From positions 179,682 to 199,681 of the forward strand of contig JALDZS010000021.1 in NCBI GenBank assembly GCA_022813965.1: DNA of 20,000 nucleotides. The letters are read 5' to 3'. Below, in pieces: positions 10,073 through 20,000 of this stretch. The notes below the pieces were generated by a model. The model saw only the letters and a program-made list of their open reading frames with translations. It had not been told where the DNA came from and did not search any database. Made by a program: the position numbers and the translations under genes. The stretch's first letter is position 1. The number at the start of each line of letters is the position of its first letter. This DNA comes from Toensbergia leucococca. Taxonomy: Eukaryota.

Positions 10073-11188
10073 GGTTGATGATTTGCTGGGTGGTTATTGG
10101 AGGATTGAAATGAGAGATGTTGATAGGAGAAAGTAGCAGTTTGGAGTTGTTGGAGTGAAGGAACAAAGGAAGAGATGAAAAATGACAATGCAGGAGATGA
10201 GAGGTTGACTATTGTAGATGTTAGCAAATGATAGGTGTTCAGTGGTCAGGCTTATATCTGATTCGTGTGCCTGGTTTACGGTCCCCGAAACGGTGTTTAC
10301 AAGGCTGGAGTTAGGGAGTAGAGCCCCATGGCTTTACGACGTGCATTAAGGCCGCATTGCATTAATGCCGCGCAGATGTCTTAACGCCGGCGTAAGGTTT
10401 TCATGACATTTGATTGAAGCCACCGCCGCAATTTGGCATAGATGGCCCATTCAGCTACGACGTGCGTGGTTGTCCAACAGGCACAGTCGAGTACGGGCAC
10501 TACATTAATCTAAGCTTTTCAGCGTTAGTAGACTTATTAGTCGGCACCTCTTCAGGGTTGATCCCATTCTTTGGTTGAAGCTTATCTACCATCTAGTGCC
10601 CTTGAAACCCTAAGCTGACTCCATGGCTGAAAACTACCACACTAATTACAAATGAATATAATGCAGCATAGCAAACGAGAAAGGCTTCAGAAGTGAGACA
10701 AAGGCAACATATCTATTCATAGCTGACTACCAAGCGTACACAGCTGTAGGCAGAAAGTGGGCAGCTATGTATCACGGCCGCTACGTTGATTTGGTACTCT
10801 GGTAAGTTTAGTGAAGTGTGATGTATAAATTGCAGTGTTATCATAGTAAAGGGGAGATCATGACCATGAGATATGCTGATTGATTGTGTTCCTAGCTAAA
10901 GAATGCTCACTTGGAATCAATATCATCCGATATCAATCATCGCTGAAATAATTACGCCTCTTTTCTCTAGATAATTATCGGGCCATGTCGGCTCTCAGTA
11001 TTTGATAATAGCTGATCCAAAATTAAGAAAAGTTTCCGCCATCTCTTGCATACTTAACCAGCTGATCTCGAATGCTGTGGATCGTCAATACAAATGGGAC
11101 GCCGAGGTGAAGAGAACGTAGAGTCACAGATGGCCTCCCGTCATGAACACTCAATGCAGAAATGATTCAAACTTTTATATCAAGGTTT

Positions 11189-13077
11189 CTATGCTTTCTT
11201 CGTACTATTCTGCCAGGCGAACTCCTTTTAAATCGTCAGCCATTGCTCTCCCAGGGAATTAATACTCCCCGTCCGTGTTCAAACTTCCGTCCTGTATGCT
11301 CGTGCATGAATAACAAAGTGAACACAAAACTTACCAATTTCTTTGCATGTCCAGATTCAATGATAACATTGACTACCACAGGCACATTCGCCTTGAAACC
11401 CTCTTCTGTAGCTTGTTCCAACTCCTCAGGAGTACGCACAATGAAGCCCTTTCCACCACACATCTCGGCCATTTTCTCATACCCTACCTCCCATCCCAAA
11501 CTAGTGCTCCGTAAGCCCCCTGTCTTTGAGCCCGCCCTACTTTTTTCCTGCAGCTTCAACCACTGATCAGCATCACTACTGTCACCATGATAAACGCCAC
11601 TGTTGTTGATCACGAAAATCAAAATGTCCATGCTGTACCGAGCCATTGTCTCAACCTCGGGCATGGAAAATCCAAAAGCCGAGTCTCCTTCCAGACATAC
11701 GATTTTCTTGGACGACGTTGAAGGTCCGCTATGCCCTTCGGGGTTTGGGAGATTATAGGCAGAGTGTGCTGCTATTGCATAACCCAGGCCAACACCCATA
11801 GTTGCGTACGTGCCAGCATCAAGGCGGAGGCGAGGGTGCTCTACAGGGAAGACACTGCGAGAAATATCCATGGTATTGGCACCTTCAGAGATATAGACGA
11901 TGTTGCCGTCTTCAGGTGGCGAAAGTTTGCGGAACGTTTGCTTTATAACGTCAAAAGCACGGCTGTAGGTCATTGGTATAGATTCGACTTTGGCGGCTTT
12001 TGTAGCGTTGATTTCATTTTTTTGCATACTAGCTTTTAATGCTTGCAAATACGGGGAAGAGGTGTCGTATTGCCATCCTTGGAGAGCAGCAATAAGCTGT
12101 GATGTTACAATGTTGACATCCCCCACAATCCCAAGTTCTGCATTGCCGTTGTTTCTGCCAATCTCTTCAGCTGATATATCAACCTGTATGAGCTTCACTG
12201 CTGAATTCCATTTGGGTTCGTCTGCAAAGTGCAGAATCCAGTTTAATCGTGCCCCAAGAATCAAAGCTACATCGGCGCCTTTGAGCGCAGTAGATCGTGC
12301 TGATGCAGTGTTCGAGGGGTGAGAATCGGGGAGGACACCCTTGCCCATAGGTGTGGGGAGGAACGGTATATTTGTTTGATCAACCAGTTGGCGTATCACA
12401 ACTTCTGCGCGAGCGTAGGCTGCACCTTTACCAATAACGATTAGTGGTGCTTTTGCGGATTTGAAAAGCTGGGCAACACGTGAAATCTTTTCAGGATCGG
12501 GTCCTACTCGGGGTGCAATTGCGACGGTCTGTGATGAACATTGCTGTCCATTGCCTTGAATGACATCTGCTGGTAGATCCACAAAGCCTGTCCCTGCTCG
12601 ACCATACCACGAAGTTCGATAAGCATGTGCAATTGATTGTGGTATCGTGTTGAGACTCGACCGAACAGCTACCTTTGTATGAGGAGCAAGCAGCGAGATT
12701 GCGTCGAGCTCTTGGAAAGCTCCTTTAGTGACTAGATGGGTTTCGCTCGAGCCGGCAAGAAGGAGCATTGGAAATGCATTGGCCGATGAATTGCCGATTC
12801 CTGCCATTGCATGAAGTACGCCTGGCCCACCGACAACTAGGCAAACACCTGGTCTACCCGTGAGGTATCCATATGCTGTTGCAGCATAGCTTGCAGCTTG
12901 CTCGTTACGAAATGCAATGAATCGTATGCCCAAAGCAATGACTTCTTCGGCGATCTGAACGACCGGTATACCCACTAGACCGAATATGACTTTGATACCT
13001 AATTGATGAAGAGCTCGAGCTATCAAAACCGCTCCAGTCGGCGCAGGCTTCGGCGTTCCGGACGTCGTCGAGAGCAT
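11189..13077 (-). CDS. ThDP-dependent 2-hydroxyacyl-CoA lyase / oxalyl-CoA decarboxylase family enzyme (HACL1/Oxc/yeast Pxp1-like), ~592 aa; exons 13077-11335, 11224-11189
   Basis: FGLVGIPV, FRNEQAASYAA (catalytic Glu), GAFQELD, PFLPTPMGKG, GARLNWILHF, SEGANTMDI, RLDAGTYATMGVGLGYAIA, and the ThDP motif GDSAFGFS...NN. Intron 11334-11225 (GTAAGT...GCTGAC...AAG) yields KL/EFAWQNSTKKA*. First in-frame ATG is at 13077. Confidence 0.93.
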
Positions 13078-13590
13078 TTTTAAAAACAGGGTTGGTATTG
13101 TGCGTTGATACGATATAAGCTTCTTCTGGTCTACACAAGAAGTGTGGAAACGGCAAGTCAATGCAATGAGAAGCTGTATGAGATTGGTAGAAGTAATGCT
13201 TTTCGAATTAAAACGTAGGTGAGATGTTTATTTGCTATGTGGTTGAGAGATACGATCTTACGCGCTAATTATAGTCTTCGCTCCAATTGAGCAGCACTGA
13301 GACATGCACAGATTGATCTTTCCGGCGGCTGGCTCGTTTTTGTAGTGAGCCCGAGTGCGAAAAAAATGCCTTCAGCAACTGAGATTTCTCTTTTGTTAGG
13401 ATGCCAAGGTCAATCTCAAACACACAGTTTCGGTCTCCGAGACCTGATTAGTCAGCAAGCTACTTTTTCCTTTCCATTTGTGATACCTACTTCAAAAAAG
13501 GGTTGTTGATCTCATGGTTGGAACGTAATTTTGACTATTTGATCTCACCTCAAGCTGCCTGATCTCAAACCCACCTGCTGAACTTGAATC
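13078..13590. promoter_or_regulatory. Compact bidirectional promoter between the lyase and the CoA ligase
   Basis: 513 bp between divergent ATGs. Contains TGATCTCA three times, the GGTCTC-C-GAGACC palindrome and one GCCAAG. Confidence 0.65.
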
Positions 13591-15343
13591 ATGACGACTC
13601 TTCTCCAGTGTGTTTCAGCAGATGTAGAATCTCCAGCCATCATAATCCCTTCTGAACCGACTCCTATAATTCTGTCTCATCGGCAACTCTTCCAACAGGT
13701 TTTGACATTTCAAAAGAAGTTGGCCTCCATCGGTATCTCGCCAAGAGAAGCCGTTGCAATTGCCCTTCCGAACACTCTCGAATTCGTTATTGCATTTTTG
13801 GCCACATCATTTCAACGAGCTATTTGCGCACCACTCAATCCGGCTTACAAGCAGGATGAATTCGAGTTCTATTTCAAGGATTTGACTGCCGCTGTAGTTT
13901 TGGTGCCAAAAGGAGCAATCGAAAGGAACGGCGAAGCTATCCGAGCTGCAAGAAAATGTCGCTCGGCAATAGCAGAAATATATTGGAATGGATGCGAGAT
14001 TGCTCTTGACGTAGGAAAGATAGGCGGTCTAGAGAATAGAGAGTATACCGAAGTCGGAGAGCCCAAGGAGGACGATGTTGCACTAATTTTGCATACAAGT
14101 GGAACAACCGGCAGACCCAAAGCGGTAGGCGAACGCTTAAGCCCGGATGATTTGTCGATGCTGATATTTCTCAGGTACCACTGACTCATAAGAACCTTTG
14201 TCGCACAATGATCAATATACAAGCGACATATAGCTTGACAGATGTCGACCGAACGCTTCTCGTGATGCCTCTTTTCCATGTCCATGGCCTCCTCGCTAGC
14301 TTTCTCGCACCATTGATGAGTGGTGGCTCCGTCATCGTCCCATTACAGTTCTCTGCCTCTGACTTCTGGCATGACTTCATTGCGCACAAGGCCAATTGGT
14401 ACACAGCGGTTCCCACAATGCACCAGATCTTACTGAAGAATGCACTTCCTTCTCCCATGCCACCTATCCGGTTCGTACGATCCTGTTCCTCGCCACTATC
14501 GCCAACTGTGCATGAACAGCTTGAGACAATTTTTGGTGCTCCCGTCTTGGAAGCGTACGCCATGACGGAAGCAGCCCATCAAATGACATCCAATCCACTC
14601 CCACCCGCGAGCCGAAAATCCGGCTCTGTAGGCGTCCCACAAGGTCTTGAACTCCGAGTCATGGATGACGAAGGTGATAGCCTGCCCCAAGGTAAGGTAG
14701 GCGAAATCTGCGTGCTGGGCTCGAATGTCACATCGGGATATCTCGGCGACCCCAAAGTTGTTGCCTCTCCGTTCACCAAGACCGGATATCTTCGCACAGG
14801 CGATCAGGGCTTCGTAGACGAGGAAGGATATCTTTTCCTAACAGGCCGAATAAAGGAGCTCATCAATAAAGGAGGCGAGAAGATTAGTCCCATCGAAATT
14901 GATAATTTGTTCGCCCAACACCCGAGTGTGCTTGAAGCTGTCAGTTTCGCAATCGATGATGATTTGTATGGCCAGAATGTAGCGGTTGCAATTGCTTTAC
15001 AGGAAGGCTCTGAGGTCTCCGCTCAAGAGCTGTTAGCGTGGTTTGGCGAAAGGGCAGCCAGATTCAAGATCCCGAAGAAGGTATTTGATAACTCCTAATT
15101 TCGGCCTGCACTACGGAGTGCTAATACGCCGTTTCTCAGGTATATCTTACGGCCAACATGCCTAAGACTGCCACCGGGAAAGTCCAGCGGCGCCTAGTCG
15201 CAAAAGCCATGATCGACAATGAAGAGAAGGCTTTTTCCGAACCACAGCTCTCATTAAGAACATCGGCTCCAGTGGACCAAGAAGCTAGAAAGTGGCCTAG
15301 GATTCCGACATGGTTGATAGTTTTGCTGGGCTATGGAAAGTAG
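13591..15343 (+). CDS. Oxalate--CoA ligase (oxalyl-CoA synthetase), Pcs60/AAE3 family AMP-binding enzyme, ~547 aa; exons 13591-14124, 14175-15080, 15140-15343
   Basis: APLNPAYKQDEFEFY, LHTSGTTGRPKA/VPLTH (P-loop across intron 1), MPLFHVHGL, WYTAVPTMHQILL, RFVRSCSSPL, LEAYAMTEAAHQM, RTGDQG, GRIKELINKGGEKISP, PKTATGKVQRR. Both introns are GT-AG and phase 0. Confidence 0.92.
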
Positions 15344-16279
15344 GATTGGATAGATTGGCGTCGTGACCTTTGGTGCAGAATCGAGGAATCATCTTTCGAT
15401 AGGATAAGGTATCCTAGTCTAGCCCAGTATGGCTAGCGCGGTGCTGCAAACAAAGATGGATTCTCATTATCTTTTTTCTTCCTTCTCACACCTATCCCTC
15501 CATATTATGTTCTAGTCACAGTATCTTGAATCCGTGGTGATCCCTACCTAGACTGGTTGAAACTTCACCATAATTACCTTCTCTCTGAATGAATATCCGT
15601 CCCAGCGAATGCTTCACTTTGTAACTCAAAATTTTTCTAATGATTTCGTCATGCTCGATGATTCGACTTCTGAATCTGTCGGTGTCTTCATAAAATGGAA
15701 AATTGAGCTATCTTAAGCCTGAGTCAGATTGGCGTTTGATACATATTAGGTTCAATTCCTAATAGCGCTGGTACAATGATGTATTGAATTCTTCTTCTTT
15801 CTTCTAAATACCCCAACCAATCATTTGGTCACAATTCTGGCGTCTCATTCTATAAAGTCAATCAGTCATTGTCCGTCATCTTTCTGTGACAAATATCAGG
15901 AAAGCGTCATCTATTTCTCTGGCTTGCGGATCAATGTCAAAATTTACATCACTTCCGATGTACCTGAAGCTCATTCAGCTAGAACCGTTTCACCCGCTTG
16001 ATTATTACTCCCACGTGGGAAGCCCCCGAGTATTTGGGACATGGAGTATATTCTTGGATGTGTCCACACATCTTGTCAATCTAGCAAGTCTTTTGTCCCA
16101 GCCGGATCCTAGTTAATAAATCGCCATGGCCTTGCGTGACAAAGTATTCAAGACTGAAAAGATTAGGAGAAAGAACACAAAGGAGGTGAAGAAACTCGCT
16201 TCATTACATCTCTTTCGTTATATCTCATATCTTTAAATCCCAAAAGTGCAAAGACTACGGGAAAGCCGTTTCTAACATC

Positions 16280-17000
16280 GCCATATTTCCCCCAGCTTCT
16301 TCTCCTCCCTCGAACATCAAGCATCGCTAACACACCTCTCTCTCTCCCTTTTGAAAAGCCCTCTCATTACCAACCACCAAAAGCAGTAATTTAGGAAACC
16401 AAAGTATAAACCGACCCCTATGGCCATACAATACATGACCAGTCCACGAACTACGAACGCAGAACCTCCCATCAAATCAATCCGACATCAACAACAACAT
16501 CAACAACAACAACCCTACAGAAAACATCACGAACAGATCCGCGAGTAAAGCGAATCCCAAACCCAGCCCCTCTTCCCAGGAAAAACCAAATCATCACCTC
16601 AAGCCCCCATCCCTCGATTCACCAAATCTACTTTATCCCCCGCTCACCGAAACCCTACAGATCTCCCAACTCAAAAGGGCATTCATAGCTTACATGCGCC
16701 ATGGCGATCCTATCACAAACACTGCCACAAAAAGAAGCTCTCTAAAACCCCCAAAACCCAAACCACTCCCCCCCATCAAAATCCTCCCATCCCTCCCCTC
16801 ATCACCCCCATCCCCATCATCGACTCTCATATCTCCCTGCCTGCCCAAACAAAGGAGCGAAGGTGGAAAGGGGCATCAAATAACCAACCAAACCCCACCC
16901 CCCCCAAACCCAAAACCAAAACCATCCCAATTCCCCCTTCTACCTCATCCCCCGCCCCAAAAAAACCCCAACACTACTATTCCAAAAAAAAACCAGACCC
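16280..17000. repeat. Low-complexity A/C-rich tract (G/T-rich on minus strand) including imperfect (CAA)n at ~16486-16513
   Basis: Many C3-C8 runs, very few G on the plus strand, and the catcaacaacaacatcaacaacaacaac run. Confidence 0.8.
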
Positions 17001-17638
17001 AGCAAGGAAGAAGATGCCGCGCTCTTTCCGTCCGTGTCTGTCCCCGCTATCAAGATTGGCACGTACACAGGCGCTAGTCAGAGATCCCAAGGGATCTAGA
17101 ATCCACTCCTCTCAGCTTTTTGTGTATAAAAGAAAAAAAAAGGTGGTGTAGATATGGATGCTTTTTCTCTCGCACTAGTGGCGTAGGGACTCGGTGCAAA
17201 AGCCCAAGATTTCCCAGAGGTGTAGAGTTTTGTTGAGTGGGATACCTAGCCTCAAGCCGTACGCATTTGCGCGTGTACATTAACCTACCCATTCTTTGGA
17301 AAAAAAGAATATTCACAGCGGCATATCAAAGCATCCAAGTTGTAACTACCTCAAGCAGAACCACAATGACATCAATTTCAAACAATCACAGCAATCTGTT
17401 TTTAATTCATCGATTTCCACACCTAGGGGCTCAATACAAACAACGCTCATGGAGTGTTTCAACGCCCCACAGTTGAAAAAAAAAACAATCCGCAAAGGCT
17501 ACACAACCACAGAGACATGCTCCATTCGCGTTTCCCAGAGAGACGGGATGACCGTGTTAGCAAACTTGACTCCAGTTTTAGCGCTAAAACAACCACGCTG
17601 AAAGAGACATTACAGGGGTATCTAGGTAGGCAGTGCAA

Positions 17639-18967
17639 TCAAGTGACCGTGTATCCACCGTCGACCCTCAAGTCTGCGCCGGTGACGTAGCCGCTCGCGT
17701 CGCTGCAAAGAAAGGTCTGTCGGAGCAATTTTAGCGATTTGCATAGATGGGCGTAAAGCAATGGGTTGAAATGGATTGTGGATTGGACTTACAACGGCGC
17801 CCATCAAATCCTCTGGCTGGCCCATCTTCCCCTGGGGAATGAGGGAAGTCCATTGCTTACGGAGGTCTGGGTTCTCGTCAAGGATCTTTTTGGTCCTGTA
17901 CGAAGTATTTAGCAGATGGTTCCCTTACTGAGTAAAGATACATACAATGCAGTAAGCATGTAACCTGGACTAATGCAATTGACGCGAATACCGGCGTGGG
18001 ACCATTCCACAGCCAAACTCGAAGCAAGATGCCTAATGGCCGCTTTGGCAGCATTGTAGGGTGCCTGTGGTTGAGGGACATTGACGATCGCACCAGACAT
18101 GGACCCGATCATGACAATACTACCCGGTGCCTTCCTCTCCATGAGGTGACGAGCCACGCTAGTGGCAAAAAGGTATGTGCCGTCCACGTTAACTCCCCAG
18201 AGCTTCTTCATACGCTCGAACGGATAATTTATGGCCTCGAAGTTCTCCGTAAATCCTGCCGATGTCACGAGGTTGTCAATCTTTCCATGGTCTTCAATGA
18301 TTTCAGCGATGGCAGCTTCGACAGATTCAGGGTTGGAGACGTCGGCGTAGTGAGCAGTAACCTTGGGAATACTGATTTCGTCAGCAATGGCTACCCTAGG
18401 ATCAAGATAATTCAAACTTACTTTTCGGCGCCCGGATTTTCATCAATGAAATGTTGCATGAGTACCTGCGCTTGACGATCGCCTTCTTCCTCTAGAGCAA
18501 TGGTAAGTCAGTTTTAATTACAAAACGTGCTGATGTAGAAAATACTTACTATTGAGATCAACAATAGCGACATCTGCTCCGCTAACGACCATTGCTTGTG
18601 ACATGACAAGGCCTAAGCCTCTAGCACCTCCGGTGACAACACCAACTCTACCTTCCAAGGAGAATGATGCCAAAGTGCGCTTGAAGTGAAGGCCACCACG
18701 GCCTTGCACTGGCTTGCTACGAGGCAGGTCATGCTCTTCAGGGTACTCGACCCTCACGGCTTTGTCAGTACGAGCGAAGCTACCTTCATGTTTGTTATCT
18801 CCATCGGCAACAAGCTGGTTGAAGCGCTTGTCTTCTTTGTAAAGCTTAGTTGTGCTCGTGAGCGAGCGGACGATATTGACGGGCTTGGCTGGGTTGAGGG
18901 CGCCCGAAGAACGAGCTGTGGTGAAAACCAGACGCGAGGACTGACGGAGTACTTGGGAGGAAAGCAT
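17639..18967 (-). CDS. Short-chain dehydrogenase/reductase, D-arabinitol 2-dehydrogenase (ArbD/ARD)-like, ~364 aa; exons 18967-18550, 18491-18422, 18371-17946, 17895-17793, 17716-17639
   Basis: TGGARGLG Rossmann motif, LVTSAGFTENF, GSMSGAIVNVPQPQAPYNAAK (YxxxK), IRVNCISPGYM, GADLRVDGGY. Four canonical introns give a 1095-nt frame. Confidence 0.92.
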
Positions 18968-19030
18968 ATTGGGTAGAATTGTTTGTTATGCGCGTACAGC
19001 TATGCGTAGATTAATGCGTTTATGCGAAGA

Positions 19031-19076
19031 GATGTATCGACGACTAAGCGGTTGATGTGTCGACGACTAAGCGGTT
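19031..19076. repeat. 23-bp tandem duplication (2 copies, 1 mismatch)
   Basis: gatgtatcgacgactaagcggtt followed by gatgtgtcgacgactaagcggtt, plus a partial third copy. Confidence 0.9.
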
Positions 19077-20000
19077 GAATGTGTTGATAGGATGATTTCA
19101 AGGTGAATACTAATAATGGGGCGGAACGTGGCGGGTTCTTCACATTTGACTGGGGCAAAGTGAATGCAAAGTGTCTTTGCAACAAGCAACTTGATCAGGG
19201 GCGGGAATTGTTGTACAGGCAGTGTGCTACGCAGTCCTACTTGCTTGATTGAGCTGTACAAATATTGATTGATTATTTCCGGCCGCTACGGATAGAATTC
19301 GGCTTACTTAGTATTTTCAGGAGGGTCCTCTATTCTAATTTTTGCATCTGACGTAAAGCTTGCATCACAGCCGTGGGTTTATCCACAGTTGCAGATCTAT
19401 GGAACCATGGCTGTTACTTGATAGCTTATCGTAGAATCGGCCAAACGAGGCCTTTCGACTTGAAAACTTATCCAGCACAACTTGAGAATATCGATATTCC
19501 AAGTGGCGACGGGGGCCAAAGCGCCTCTCCTCTACATTTAGTTCAGGAGTCTGCATCAGCATGCACTCCGCTAGAATACCCCACGCTACCGGGCCTCGGA
19601 TTCAAGTCCCTTGGGCCTGAAAACAAGGCTAAACCCCACCACTTCTGCCTCGCTAGTCATCATTCTTTCAGCAACCGACTCCTGATCTTTTCCTGTCCTC
19701 CTGCTCGAGGAGTGGTATCACAAAAACCATTGTTCCCATTCATCCTGGTCAAAAATTGTGAACAAAGAGATTTGGATCTCCTGATGATATGGCCGGTAGT
19801 TGTATGCAACACAGTCGTACCCTTTTCCTCGCTATGGGCCATCCGAAGTATTACCCCTCCTCCAGTCCTCTTCTACTGTGACCATGGTGTTTTGAGAGTC
19901 ACTGCCCCTACGAAACGCCAAAATGAAGTCTTCAATGAATGAGCTCTATCTTCTCCCTGTGCTGAGTCTAAAATTGATACCTTCGTTGATCCACGCCGCA

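Noticed and set aside
13078..13161. N-terminal extension of the lyase in the ORF track (641 aa)
   Set aside because: Begins at a non-ATG codon; homology starts after ATG 13077. The track's C-terminus is an unspliced intron.
16400..16990. Telomeric repeats or telomerase RNA template
   Set aside because: No tandem CCCTAA and no TAACCCTAA template seen; C runs are irregular.
16694..17077. 127-aa Pro/Lys-rich ORF
   Set aside because: Explained by the C/A-rich low-complexity tract; no domain or splice support.
647..18976. Numerous short antisense or overlapping ORFs (e.g. 1157-1597, 4645-5031, 9181-9483, 11162-11566, 13869-14285, 17996-18475)
   Set aside because: Shadows of well-supported genes on the opposite strand or frame, with no independent motifs.
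19373..19942. 189-aa plus-strand ORF
   Set aside because: Starts at GTG, has no recognisable motif, and lies in promoter/UTR-like sequence.

Overview
Intron-containing filamentous ascomycete (Pezizomycotina) DNA. A lichen-forming lineage is plausible but only inferred. Left to right: (1) the 3' end of a non-reducing PKS (PT-ACP-ACP-TE, WA/Alb1-like); (2) a 35-bp-arm inverted repeat; (3) a 10-exon secreted laccase; (4) a 5'-truncated, multiply stopped 14-TM MFS efflux pseudogene; (5) an uncharacterised Cys-patterned protein with two KP4/Ecp2-like repeats; (6) a Frm2/Hbn1-type nitroreductase; (7) a head-to-head pair, 513 bp apart, of a ThDP-dependent oxalyl-CoA decarboxylase/2-hydroxyacyl-CoA lyase and a Pcs60/AAE3-type oxalate--CoA ligase; (8) a C-rich gene-free tract; (9) a D-arabinitol 2-dehydrogenase-like SDR. 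The most interesting candidate system is the divergent ligase/lyase pair. It looks like a co-regulated CoA-dependent oxalate-degradation module, and both predicted proteins lack a C-terminal PTS1. Exon structures were derived by hand from splice signals and remembered family motifs; no searches were run.
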